From assembly GCA_965220745.1 (NCBI GenBank), contig CBDCQT010000010.1:512001-576000 (forward strand): a DNA stretch of 64,000 nt, written 5' to 3'. The stretch comes from Alphaproteobacteria bacterium (lineage in GTDB: Bacteria; Pseudomonadota; Alphaproteobacteria; UBA828). Under the pieces are notes generated by a model, which saw only the letters and a program-made list of their open reading frames with translations, had not been told where the DNA came from and ran no database searches. The position numbers and the translations under genes were made by a program. Below are positions 8,542-17,799 of this stretch, in pieces; position 1 is the stretch's first letter; each line of letters begins with the position of its first letter.

Positions 8542-8630
8542 AGGCGTAGCAGAGCGGTCGAATGCAGCGGTCCTTAAAAACCGCCGGACCTCCCTTGGTC
8601 TCGTGGGCTCGAAGCCCACCGCCTCCGCCA
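8540..8630 (+). tRNA. Atypical tRNA-Ser-like RNA (8-nt anticodon loop, non-canonical T-loop); functional status unknown
   Basis: Acceptor GGAGGCG/CGCCTCC, G73, CCA; D-arm GCA/TGC; anticodon stem GCGGT/ACCGC with loop CCTTAAAA; long variable arm GGACC/GGTCT; T stem GTGGG/CCCAC with loop CTCGAAG. Confidence 0.8.
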
Positions 8631-8847
8631 GACCCCACTAAGGCCGATGTGTCCATAGCACGTCGGCCAACTTTTTAAAATCAATCTTTTGCCCAGCGTT
8701 TCGAAGCGGCCTTCCGCACGATTTCCCGCCGCCGCTCGGGCGAGAGGGGCGGACTTCGAACTGACGCAGTACCGTGCATTGACGCGCCCCGGCCTTCGCG
8801 CGAGCATAACAGATTCCGCGAGTGTGGCTCTCAGGGAGGAACGGGAC

Positions 8848-10122
8848 ATGGCGCGCACCGTCTTCACCAACGTCAGCATCTTCGACGGCACCGGCAAGAG
8901 GCCCTTCCGGGGCGAGGTGTCGATCCAGGGCAACCGTATCGAGAAGGTCGCCAGGAACGGCCAGAAGCTGTCGCGGCGGGGCGCTGCGGTGGTGGACGGC
9001 GACGGCGCCACGCTGATGCCGGGGCTCGTCAACGCCCACTGCCACATGAGCTACACCGGGCCGGAAGCGATGTCCGAGATCCCGCCCGAGGAGCACACGC
9101 TCATCACCATGCACAACGCCAAGACGATCATCGATCACGGCGTGACCGCGGCTGTGGGCGCGGGCGCGGCGAAGACACGCCTCGATATCGTGATCCGGAA
9201 CGAGATCGACGCCGGCCGCATCCCCGGTCCGCGCTACCGCGCCTGCTCGCCGGAGATCACGGTCACCGGCGGCCTCGGCGACCAGCGCATGCTGCACTAC
9301 TACAAGAACGACCTCTCGCTCTTCGCCGATGGGCCGGAGGAGATCCGCCAGGCCTGCCGCATGCTGGTCCGCGAAGGCGTGGACATCATCAAGCTCATGC
9401 CGTCGGGCGATCACCTGATCCCCGGTGCCTGCGATGCCACCCAGAGCGCGATGGACGAGGACGAGATCGCCGCCGGCGCGCGGGTCGCGCACCAGCGGGG
9501 CCGCCGCCTCGCCGCGCACGCGCGCAATCCGGAATCGATCCGGCTCTGTATCAAGTACGGGATCGAGCTGATCTACCACGCGACCTACGCGGACGAGGAA
9601 TCTCTCGACCTGCTGGAGGAGCACAAGGACAGGCACTGGGTGGTGCCGGCGATCGGCTTCACCCACGCGACTGCCTACGAGGCCGGCGAGTTCGGCATCT
9701 CGCCGGCGGAAGCCGAGTCATGGGGCTTCGTCCGCGAGCTCGAGATCGGAGCCGAGACCCTGAAGAAGATGCACGCGCGCGCAATCAAGGTGCTGCCCTT
9801 CGGCGACTACGGCTTCCCCTGGACGCCGCACGGCCAGATGGCGCGGGACTTCGAGCACTTCACCAACTACCTCGGCATGAAGCCCTACGAGATCATGCGG
9901 GCCGCGACCCACTACGGCGCCCAGGCCTTCGCTGCGCCGGACGAGCTGGGCCGCGTCAAGCCGGGCTGCCTCGCCGACCTGCTGCTGATCGACGGCAATC
10001 CGCTCGCCGATCTCACGCTCTTCCAGGACGAGGCGAACATCCTGATGGTCATGAAGGACGGCGCCTATCACAAAGCGCCGCAGGCGCGGCAGAGGGTCGT
10101 GCAGCAGGCCGCAGCCGAGTAG
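8848..10122 (+). CDS. Metal-dependent amidohydrolase family protein
   Basis: 'TLMPGLVNAHCH' HxH motif, 'GVDIIK', 'AAHA', 'GRVKPGCLADLLLIDGNPL'; GGGAGG RBS. Confidence 0.9.
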   Translation: MARTVFTNVSIFDGTGKRPFRGEVSIQGNRIEKVARNGQKLSRRGAAVVDGDGATLMPGLVNAHCHMSYTGPEAMSEIPPEEHTLITMHNAKTIIDHGVTAAVGAGAAKTRLDIVIRNEIDAGRIPGPRYRACSPEITVTGGLGDQRMLHYYKNDLSLFADGPEEIRQACRMLVREGVDIIKLMPSGDHLIPGACDATQSAMDEDEIAAGARVAHQRGRRLAAHARNPESIRLCIKYGIELIYHATYADEESLDLLEEHKDRHWVVPAIGFTHATAYEAGEFGISPAEAESWGFVRELEIGAETLKKMHARAIKVLPFGDYGFPWTPHGQMARDFEHFTNYLGMKPYEIMRAATHYGAQAFAAPDELGRVKPGCLADLLLIDGNPLADLTLFQDEANILMVMKDGAYHKAPQARQRVVQQAAAE

Positions 10123-10137
10123 CCCAGCAGACCCGCG

Positions 10138-11310
10138 ATGGCGGCGCCCGACCGGGAGACGCTGCTCGCCGGCGCGGAAGCGCTGATCCCCGTGCTGCGC
10201 GAGCGGGTGCCGGAGGCGGAGTCCCTCCGGCGCATTCCCGACGCGTCCATCGCCGACCTCGTGGACAGCGGCCTGATCCGGGCGACGCTGCCGGCGCGCC
10301 TCGGCGGGGCCGAGGTGGACTATGGCACGATGATGGAGATCGTGGCGCTGCTCTCGCGCGGCTGCGCGTCCACCGGCTGGGTCTACTGCAACCTCGCGAG
10401 CTGCACCTTCAAGCTCGCGCTCTGGCCCGAGCGGGCGCAGGACGAGATTTGGGACGCGGACAAGGACGCGCTGCTGACCGGCAATCTGATCTTCCCCTGC
10501 GGCAAGGCGACACGGGTGGACGGCGGCTATCGCCTAAGCGGGCGCTGGCCCTTCGGCAGCGGCATCGACCACGCCTGCGCCAACTTCTTCGGCGCCATGG
10601 TGGTGGACAGGGAGCCGCAGGAGTTCCGCATCTTCCTGGTGCCGAAGGGCGAGTACACCGTGCTCGACACCTGGCACGCGTCGGGCCTGCGCGGCACCGG
10701 CAGCAACGACGCCGCGGTGGATGACCTGTTCGTGCCGGAATACCGCACCATCGACGCGGCGAGTACGCGCCACGGCGCCGCACCCGGCAACGCGTTGAAC
10801 ACCGGCGCGGTCTACCGGCTGCCGCTCTTCGCCATGTTCTTCACCTGGGTCGGCGCGGCGGTGCTGGGCATCGCCGAGGCGGCGGTCGAGGGCTATGTCG
10901 AGGCCACCCGCACCCGCGCCGCGCACTATTCGGGCCAGCGGCTCGCCGAGCTCGGCACCATCCACGTCAAGATCGCCGAGGCCCGCGCCGCCGTGGCGAC
11001 GGCGCGGCGCATCTACCTCGGCAACTGCGCCGAGGCGACGGCGATCGCCGAGGGAGGCGCGCTGCCGGATGCCGAGGCCCGCGCCCGCTACCGGGCCGAG
11101 GGCGCCTACGCCGCCAAGCTCTGCTGCCAGGCGGTGGACATGATCACCGCGGCGAGCGGCGGCGGCGGCGTCTACGACCGCAACCCCCTCTCCCGTGCCT
11201 TCCGCGACATCCACGCGGGCTCGGCCCACATCACCCAGACCTGGGACCCCAACGCGATCACCTACGGCCGCTTATCGCTCGGCCTGGAAACCGACAACCC
11301 GCTTCTCTAG
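10138..11310 (+). CDS. Acyl-CoA dehydrogenase-fold flavin-dependent monooxygenase (HsaA-like)
   Basis: 'GCASTGW', 'GGYRLSGRWPFGSG', 'DTWHASGLRGTGSND', 'RAFRDIHA'. Confidence 0.88.
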   Translation: MAAPDRETLLAGAEALIPVLRERVPEAESLRRIPDASIADLVDSGLIRATLPARLGGAEVDYGTMMEIVALLSRGCASTGWVYCNLASCTFKLALWPERAQDEIWDADKDALLTGNLIFPCGKATRVDGGYRLSGRWPFGSGIDHACANFFGAMVVDREPQEFRIFLVPKGEYTVLDTWHASGLRGTGSNDAAVDDLFVPEYRTIDAASTRHGAAPGNALNTGAVYRLPLFAMFFTWVGAAVLGIAEAAVEGYVEATRTRAAHYSGQRLAELGTIHVKIAEARAAVATARRIYLGNCAEATAIAEGGALPDAEARARYRAEGAYAAKLCCQAVDMITAASGGGGVYDRNPLSRAFRDIHAGSAHITQTWDPNAITYGRLSLGLETDNPLL

Positions 11311-11322
11311 CCCGGCGAAGAA

Positions 11323-11952
11323 TCAGTGGCGCTTGAGCGCCGGGAAGCCGGGGTATTCCGAGGCGTGGTCGCCGGCGTGGTTCGCCATGCCGAGCTTGGT
11401 GAGGCAGCCCTTGGGCGCCGCAAAGCTCTCGATGCGCCGGTTGGGCTGCTCGCACCAGCGAAGATTGAAGGCGGCGTAGGTGGGGAAGAACGCCATGTCC
11501 GAGTACGGCAGGTTGTCGTGTATCCACCAGGCGAGGGCCTGCCAGGGCGTGCCCGCTTCGTAGCGCGGGATGAACCAGGGAATCACGATACAGGCGGTCG
11601 CCCCCATGTGGCCCTCGGCATCGCGGCGATCCCACACGTGGCGGGCATAGTTCCAGGTGGTCTCGCCGCAGTTGTAGCCTTTGTCCGACCGCTCGTGGCC
11701 GTAGGTGTTGACCTCGACGGAGCGGAAGGCGGAGCGGATCGAGACATGGCCGAAGGTGGCGTGCAGGGGCTCCAGCAGCTCCTCGCAGAGCCTAGTCCCG
11801 GCCGCGACGGCGAGATCGGGATCGTCCGGAATGTTGGGTATCCCGTGGAAGTTCGCGATCTCGCTATGGAGCATCTCGCGCATGAAGAAGTGCTCGGACA
11901 GCCGGACTCGGCCGAGCCTTTCGAGGGCCTTCATGGAGGCGGGCTTGCGCAT
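11323..11952 (-). CDS. Peptidase M15-like protein
   Basis: 'RLSEHFFMREMLHSE', 'LCEELLEPL', 'IRSAFRS'; AAGGAG RBS. Confidence 0.65.
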   Translation of the reverse strand: MRKPASMKALERLGRVRLSEHFFMREMLHSEIANFHGIPNIPDDPDLAVAAGTRLCEELLEPLHATFGHVSIRSAFRSVEVNTYGHERSDKGYNCGETTWNYARHVWDRRDAEGHMGATACIVIPWFIPRYEAGTPWQALAWWIHDNLPYSDMAFFPTYAAFNLRWCEQPNRRIESFAAPKGCLTKLGMANHAGDHASEYPGFPALKRH

Positions 11953-12145
11953 GGGCTACTCCTTTTCGGGACGGGACCGCAGGCAGGATACGCAATCCGG
12001 AGCCGACCGTGACAGTACCCGTCTGCAGCGTTCTTCGGCGCGGGCATGTGCCGCGCGACCCGCTGGCGTTGCGGCACTCTTGCGACCGTGGAGCGATTTG
12101 GATAGGGTCCGCCGCGTGGCCGGCGCCGGGCGCCGCGCCCCTCGC

Positions 12146-12222
12146 GCGCTCGTAGCTCAGCTGGATAGAGCACCAGACTACGAATCTGGGGGTCGGGGGT
12201 TCGAATCCTCCCGAGCGCGCCA
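12146..12222 (+). tRNA. tRNA-Arg(ACG)
   Basis: GCGCTCGTAGCTCAGCTGGATAGAGCACCAGA-CT-ACG-AA-TCTGG...GGTTCGAATCC...CGAGCGCGCCA. Confidence 0.97.
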
Positions 12223-12509
12223 ATCCTTCACGGGACTTACGGGATTATTCGCCGATTTCAGGGGTCCGATTTGCCACTTTAGTCACCCCCAATTCTCCCT
12301 TTTGGGCACTATTCGGCGATTGTGTTCCCGATTCCAGCCTCACCATCGATATCGGCGACCAACACGTCAGCGGCTCTGTCCTCGTTCGGCTTGGGCGTAC
12401 TCTGCTGCACGACTGCCGCTCTGCACGTAAGATGCTTGATTCAAAGCCGGAACCTGCACCAAGTTCCGGCTTCGACGCCATACCCGAGACTCGAGGAGCG
12501 ACACCGACG

Positions 12510-12647
12510 ATGAGCCAGCCTGCCGAAATCTTCGGACGCGACCCGGTCGCGATCGTCGATACCCTGGTCCGTCGCGGGCGCGCGGCCATGGAGGCCTTCG
12601 CGGCCTCGGATCAGCCGCGGGTGGACGAGGCGGTGACCGCTTTGGGA
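12510..12647 (+). pseudogene. N-terminal fragment of an acylating aldehyde dehydrogenase (SauS-like)
   Basis: GAGGAG RBS + MSQPAEIFGRDPVAIVDTLVRRGRAAMEAFAASDQPRVDEAVTAL; similarity stops abruptly. Confidence 0.65.
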
Positions 12648-12815
12648 TATACTGCGGGTGCACGCACGGCTCGGCCGGGCTCGGCGCTATGCCAACCGTC
12701 GCGGTGGCAGCAGGTGCCGCTTGGCTTGCCGCACACACGGCCGTGTGGTGCTTGGCCGGACCCCTTGCTAAAGGGGCGAACAGCGCCCGCAGCATAATTT
12801 GCACGGGAACTCGGA

Positions 12816-13874
12816 ATGCCCGAACGCAGATCACTGCGGAGCAAACAGTCCTCGCGAAGGATCACTTTGCGGGATGTTGCGCGCGAGGCTGGGGTCTCGG
12901 TCGCCACCGCATCGCGGGTCCTGAACAACTCACCATCCGTTTCACCGGAAACCCGCGAGGACGTGCTGCGAGTCTTCGCCAAGCTCGATTTCGCGCCCGA
13001 CCCGCTCGCGCGTGCGCTCAACGCAGGCGGCACCAACACGGTTGGCGCGGTGATTCCCACCATTAATCACGCCATTTTTGCGGCGTTCCTGGAAGCGCTG
13101 GAGGCCAGACTGGACGCCAACGGCTATCGCCTGCTCATTGCCACGACGGGCATGGACCGCCGCGTGGAACTCGAGCGCGCCCGATCGTTGCTCGAAATGG
13201 GCGCGAGGGCACTGATCGTAACCGGGCTGGATCACGAACCCGAGCTCACCGGCCTGGCCAAACGGTTCGGAGCGCCCGTGGTCGCAACCTCGATCTACGA
13301 GGCCTCCGCCTCGATGCCGACCATCGGCTACGACAACGTCGAGCTCGGGCGCCAGGCCATGCAGCATCTGCTCGACCTCGGCCACAGGGATGTCGCCCTG
13401 GTCTCCGGGCCCACGGCGCAGAACGACCGAGCCCGTTTCAGGATTCGCGGCGCGGAATCCGTCGATGGCGTGCGTTCGCTGCGAATTATAGAGACGGAGC
13501 TGAGCGTCGGGGGCGGCGTCGTTGCCGCGAAGCAGGCTCTGGCGTGGGACCGTCGGCCGACGGCACTGCTTTGCGTCACCGATCTCGTCGCGCTCGGAGC
13601 GATGTTCGAGCTTCAGCGCAGCGGGCTCCAGCTGCCTCAAGACATGTCGGTCCTGGGGTTCGATCACATCTCGTGGTCCGAACACAGCTATCCGCGCTTG
13701 ACCTGCATAAGCTTGCCCGTCGCCGCGATGGGCCAGGAGAGCGCGCAGGCGATCTGCGACTTTCTCACAGACGGCACGCCAATCCCCTCGGTTCGGTTGC
13801 AGGGTGAAATCAAGGTGCGCGGCTCTACCTGCCCACCACCGGACGTGTCCCAAACCTCGGGTGGGCCGGCATGA
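12816..13874 (+). CDS. LacI family transcriptional regulator
   Basis: 'ITLRDVAREAGVSVATASRVLN' HTH; 'LGHRDVALVSG'; 'PQDMSVLGFD'. Confidence 0.95.
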   Translation: MPERRSLRSKQSSRRITLRDVAREAGVSVATASRVLNNSPSVSPETREDVLRVFAKLDFAPDPLARALNAGGTNTVGAVIPTINHAIFAAFLEALEARLDANGYRLLIATTGMDRRVELERARSLLEMGARALIVTGLDHEPELTGLAKRFGAPVVATSIYEASASMPTIGYDNVELGRQAMQHLLDLGHRDVALVSGPTAQNDRARFRIRGAESVDGVRSLRIIETELSVGGGVVAAKQALAWDRRPTALLCVTDLVALGAMFELQRSGLQLPQDMSVLGFDHISWSEHSYPRLTCISLPVAAMGQESAQAICDFLTDGTPIPSVRLQGEIKVRGSTCPPPDVSQTSGGPA

Positions 13875-14152
13875 GCCGCGGGTAGCACGCGGGTTTTCCC
13901 GCCAGACGATCGGACAAAGCTACTCGCCCCCGAGCGTCGACTGCGGACATTGAGAATTCTTCGGCAATCCGAGCAGTTTGCTGCGGTCTATTGGGAGTTG
14001 CGCGAATGCCACTTCGGGATCAGGTCGGTCACGTCGTGACGGTAACCTCTGTGGCTGGTAGCCGGTGAACATTCCGGCGTCGGGGAATGCGCAGTTATGG
14101 GCATTCCTAACGTGAATGCGGGGATCCCCAGCGATAGGCACACCTATCGCGA

Positions 14153-15763
14153 TCAACCGTCCTGGGGTCCACTAAGGGTGAAGCCCTCATAGCCCTTGGC
14201 TGCGATTTCATCACAAATACCGCGGTAAACGCCGACGCCGCCGACATAGGGATAAATGACGCGCGGCTTGCCCGGGATGTTCGCGCCGACATACCAGGTG
14301 TTGGACTGAAAGAAGAGCGTCTTGTCGGCCGCGTCATTGACGTGGTGCATCCACTCGTCTTCGGCCTCCACGGACGCCTCGATGCTGTCGAGTGCGTGCT
14401 CCCCCAGGTAGTCGATGCAGTCGGCGATCCATTCGATGTGTTGCTCGAGCGAGTTCATCATGTTGCTGAGCACCGAGGGGCTGCCGGGGCCCGTGACGGT
14501 AAAGAGGTTGGGGAAGCCCGCGACCGCGAGCCCCAGATAGGACCTCGGGCCATTCGACCATTTCTGCTTGAGCCGAATGCCGTCCCGGCCCCGAATGTCG
14601 ATGTTGAAGAGCGCACCGGTCATGGCGTCGAAGCCCGTGGCGAACACGATGGCGTCGAGCTCGTACTCTTTGCCGCCGGCCTTGAGGCCGCTCGGTGTAA
14701 TCTCTTCGATTGGCGTAGCCTTCACGTCCACCAGGCTGACATTGCTGCGGTTGAAGGTCTCGTAATAGTCAGTATCGACGCACATCCGCTTTGTGCCGAG
14801 CGGGTGATCCTTTGGACACAGCAGCTCCGCGACCTCGGGGTCGTCGACCCGCTGGCGGATCTTGTCGTGCACGAACTCTACGGCAAAATCGTTCGAAGCC
14901 TTATTGGTGATGAGGTCGTTGAAGGACTGCAGGAAATTGAAGGAGCCCTCCCGCCACCGCCGCTCGAACGTCCCCTCGCGTACTTCCGGCGAGACTTCGA
15001 GCGCCGAAGTTTCGGAGATCTCGAAGATATCGCCGACGCGCGTGCCGCGGGCGCGCTGTCGCAGCTCGGGATAGCGCGACTTCCACATCTGCACGTCGTC
15101 GTCGCTGAGCGGGCCGTTCCACGCCGGAATGCTGAAGTTCGGTGTACGCTGGAAGACCGTGAGGTGAGCCGCCTGCGCGGCAATCACCGGTATCGACTGA
15201 ACACCGGACGAGCCCGTCCCAATCACGGCGACGCGCTTGCCTGTGAAGTCGATCTGCTCATGCGGCCAGAGGCCGGTGTGATACCAGTCGCCTTCGAAGC
15301 GTTCCAAGCCCTCGTAATCGGGGATGTGCGGGGTCGACATACAGCCCGTCGCCATGATGCAGAACCTGGCGGAGAGGCGCTCACCGCGGTTTGTGTCGAC
15401 GATCCACCGGTTCGCGGCATCGTCGAACACCGCGCTCGTGACACGGGTCTCCAACTGTATGTCTCGTCTGAGGTCGAATCTGTCCAGAACGTGCTCTATG
15501 TAGCGCAGGATCTCCGGCTGTCTCGCGTAGCGCTCGGTCCACGTCCACTCTTGCTGGAGTTCGTCGGAGAACGAGTAGGAATAGGTCATGCTCTCCACGT
15601 CGCAGCGCGCACCGGGATAGCGGTTCCAGTACCAGGTGCCGCCGGCGCCGCCGCCCGCCTCGATCACCTGAGCGGAAAGTCCCAACTCGCGGCAGCGCTT
15701 CAGCATGTAGATGCCCGAGAAGCCGGCGCCAACGATGATGGCGTCGATGTTGGCCCGTTGCAT
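14153..15763 (-). CDS. Baeyer-Villiger monooxygenase (CHMO/PAMO family)
   Basis: GAGFSG, GGTWYWNRYPGARCD, BVMO motif FEGDWYHTGLWP, GTGSSG, ATGFD. Confidence 0.95.
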   Translation of the reverse strand: MQRANIDAIIVGAGFSGIYMLKRCRELGLSAQVIEAGGGAGGTWYWNRYPGARCDVESMTYSYSFSDELQQEWTWTERYARQPEILRYIEHVLDRFDLRRDIQLETRVTSAVFDDAANRWIVDTNRGERLSARFCIMATGCMSTPHIPDYEGLERFEGDWYHTGLWPHEQIDFTGKRVAVIGTGSSGVQSIPVIAAQAAHLTVFQRTPNFSIPAWNGPLSDDDVQMWKSRYPELRQRARGTRVGDIFEISETSALEVSPEVREGTFERRWREGSFNFLQSFNDLITNKASNDFAVEFVHDKIRQRVDDPEVAELLCPKDHPLGTKRMCVDTDYYETFNRSNVSLVDVKATPIEEITPSGLKAGGKEYELDAIVFATGFDAMTGALFNIDIRGRDGIRLKQKWSNGPRSYLGLAVAGFPNLFTVTGPGSPSVLSNMMNSLEQHIEWIADCIDYLGEHALDSIEASVEAEDEWMHHVNDAADKTLFFQSNTWYVGANIPGKPRVIYPYVGGVGVYRGICDEIAAKGYEGFTLSGPQDG

Positions 15764-15970
15764 CAGTCCGCCTCCTAAGCCGTCTCAAACGCTTCCCGGC
15801 GCGCCGCGCGAGCGGTCGCCTGGGCCTCAGCCTCGATATCATCGCTTGGATTGTCAACGGCGGCCGGACTATGTACCGGCGCGGCTGCATCTCAACCTAA
15901 CCAGTGATACCGAATTAGAGGCTCAGTTCAGAAGGTCCAAACCCGGAAGTTATCCGCGAAATGCGGGCCC

Positions 15971-16002
15971 AAGAAAAGCCCGGCCGCAAAGAACGGCCGG
16001 GC
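15971..16002 (-). terminator. Intrinsic terminator after the solute-binding protein gene
   Basis: GCCCGGCCG/CGGCCGGGC stem followed by TTTTCTT on the minus strand. Confidence 0.7.
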
Positions 16003-16030
16003 CAATAATTCTCGGGCTGGCGACCGGGTG

Positions 16031-17422
16031 TCAGTCGTCGTAGTACCCCGAATCCTCCATGATGCGACGGCACCGCCTGTCCATCGCCTCCAGGGCGTCT
16101 TCGATATCCTTTTGATCGTTGACGTAATCGGCACCCTCCTCACCGAATGCCGAGACCAGCGGGATGGCTTCCGGCACCAGCATGAGATAGGGCGTTGCAA
16201 CCTGGATCGCCTTCGCCAATCCCTTGAAGAAGTTCCGCTGATCGGCGTACTTGCTGAGAAGCGATACGCGCGATGGCTGACCGCCCGCTTCCACCATGGC
16301 TTCGCCGATGCGCGGATCGGTCATGTCGCCGGAGTTGATCCATTTGATCCACTCCCACGCCGCCTGGTGGTCGGCGCTCCACGGCGGGATGAACTGGCCG
16401 AGCCCGCCAGTCAGAGCCTTGTGGACACCTTCCGGATTGCTGCCGCGCGGCGGAACATCCCAGTGGAACTCCTCCGGGAATTTGCTGTACTCCGGTTTGT
16501 TCAGGACCGCGGTACCCCAGGTGTTCGGACCGAGGAGGGCACTGCCGTTCGCGAACGCCCGGTTCACTTCGTCCTCGGTCGCGTTGCTGGTGACCGGGTG
16601 CGCGTAGGCCTGCAGCCCCTTCATCGCCTTGAGGGCGAGATACCCGGCTTCGGTGTTGAACGTCGGGTTCCAATACCCCTTCTCCATCCGGTCGAACCAC
16701 GAGCCGCCATGGGCTGCCAAGGCTGCCCAGAAGTTGAATCCGAACCAGGCACCGCGCTGTAGCGAAGCGCAGTAGGCGTACACCTCGTTGTCGGGGTCAT
16801 GGACCTCCTTGGCGGCCTCGATCCACTCTTCGAATGTCTCCGGATACGAGATTCCATGCTTGTCGAGAACGTCCTTGCGATACGTCGCCAGAAGGGCATT
16901 GCCATCAGGTGTCAGGCCATAGAGTTCGCCGTCCTGCTCGGGCGGCACGCGATACAGCTTGGAGATCTCCCGCGGCACGTCGTTCAGGTAGTCTTCGAAC
17001 CATGCCGGATCCTGATCGGCGAACGGCTGAAGCGGGGTAAGCGCCTCTTTTACGTACATGCTCGGCCATTGGCCGTAGTCGGTGTAGATCACGTTGAAGG
17101 TGTCGATCTGCGACTCCATCATCACGTTGATCTTCGGGAACGTTTCGCCGATGGGCTCGGCGACGAAGTTGACGTCGATGTTGGGATAGACCTGCTCGAA
17201 CAGCGGAAGGGCCGCCCGCATCGAGCCTTCCCAACGCAGGCCCGACGATGTGTAGACGTTCACCGAACCGGACACGTCGGCGCGCACCTCTCTCGGTTTC
17301 CAGGTCGCGGCAAGTGCCGCCGCAGACGCCACCGCTCCCTGCATCACGTGGCGCCGGGTGATCCTGTAGCGCCGGGTCTCCTCTAGCGTCCGTTTGAGAA
17401 CCTCGTCTGACTTGTCAGCCAT
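16031..17422 (-). CDS. Carbohydrate ABC transporter substrate-binding protein (Tat-exported)
   Basis: ITRRHVM Tat motif, 'GELYGLTPDGN...YRKDVL...PETFEEW', 'AAWEWIKW'; GAGGAG RBS. Confidence 0.88.
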   Translation of the reverse strand: MADKSDEVLKRTLEETRRYRITRRHVMQGAVASAAALAATWKPREVRADVSGSVNVYTSSGLRWEGSMRAALPLFEQVYPNIDVNFVAEPIGETFPKINVMMESQIDTFNVIYTDYGQWPSMYVKEALTPLQPFADQDPAWFEDYLNDVPREISKLYRVPPEQDGELYGLTPDGNALLATYRKDVLDKHGISYPETFEEWIEAAKEVHDPDNEVYAYCASLQRGAWFGFNFWAALAAHGGSWFDRMEKGYWNPTFNTEAGYLALKAMKGLQAYAHPVTSNATEDEVNRAFANGSALLGPNTWGTAVLNKPEYSKFPEEFHWDVPPRGSNPEGVHKALTGGLGQFIPPWSADHQAAWEWIKWINSGDMTDPRIGEAMVEAGGQPSRVSLLSKYADQRNFFKGLAKAIQVATPYLMLVPEAIPLVSAFGEEGADYVNDQKDIEDALEAMDRRCRRIMEDSGYYDD

Positions 17423-17562
17423 GTCTCCTCTCCTTGGGGCGGTTGTGGTTCGTTTTTGGCCCACATTAAGACTAAGCGCACTAGCCCAAGGAAGCGTAAG
17501 TGCACCGAACAGAAAGCGTCAAGTCGCGCATCAGACGCTGAATCTTCTCGTGGTTCACGATC

Positions 17563-17799
17563 CAGCCGCGATGCCTGAGCGCCGCCTGTATGCGGCGCCT
17601 CGTCGTTCTCGAGGTGGGTCTTGAACGTCACCGGGTTCGCGGTCTCCCGGCGCGCGACCATCTGCGCGACGGCGGCATAGATGCCGCGATGGACCGGCAA
17701 GATGTAGTGTTCCGTTTCCAGGAAGTTGGCAACCGGATGGATGGCTTCGTCGTTGACGAGAGGCGCCTGCTCAGCCGCCAGGTCGTTCGGCGGCAGACG
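17563..17799 (-). pseudogene. DnaB helicase N-terminal domain remnant
   Basis: RLPPNDLAAEQAPLVNDEAIHPVANFLETEHYILPVHRGIYAAVAQMVARRETANPVTFKTHLENDEA..GGAQ matches the DnaB N-terminal pattern; in-frame stop upstream; no helicase domain follows. Confidence 0.8.

Noticed and set aside
8470-8545. HDV-like/theta ribozyme interpretation of the pseudoknot
   Set aside because: No P3/P1.1/P4 elements, and it lies 5' rather than 3' of the tRNA
8284-8619. 111-aa minus-strand ORF starting MGFEPT
   Set aside because: Typical antisense translation of a tRNA sequence; it supports the tRNA-like call rather than a protein
7440-8790. Terminal repeats bounding the lower-GC locus
   Set aside because: Only a short imperfect GTGC(A)TTGACG inverted match, better explained as -35 boxes; no integrase or target duplication seen
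11864-12223. ORF starting MARSGGFEPPT
   Set aside because: Antisense translation of tRNA-Arg
12245-12440. Possible integrase tail pointing at tRNA-Arg
   Set aside because: Position is suggestive, but no catalytic His/Tyr motif could be read with confidence
13875-14152. Long intergenic gap as a possible ncRNA
   Set aside because: Only one small hairpin near 14130-14149; no extended structure or credible ORF
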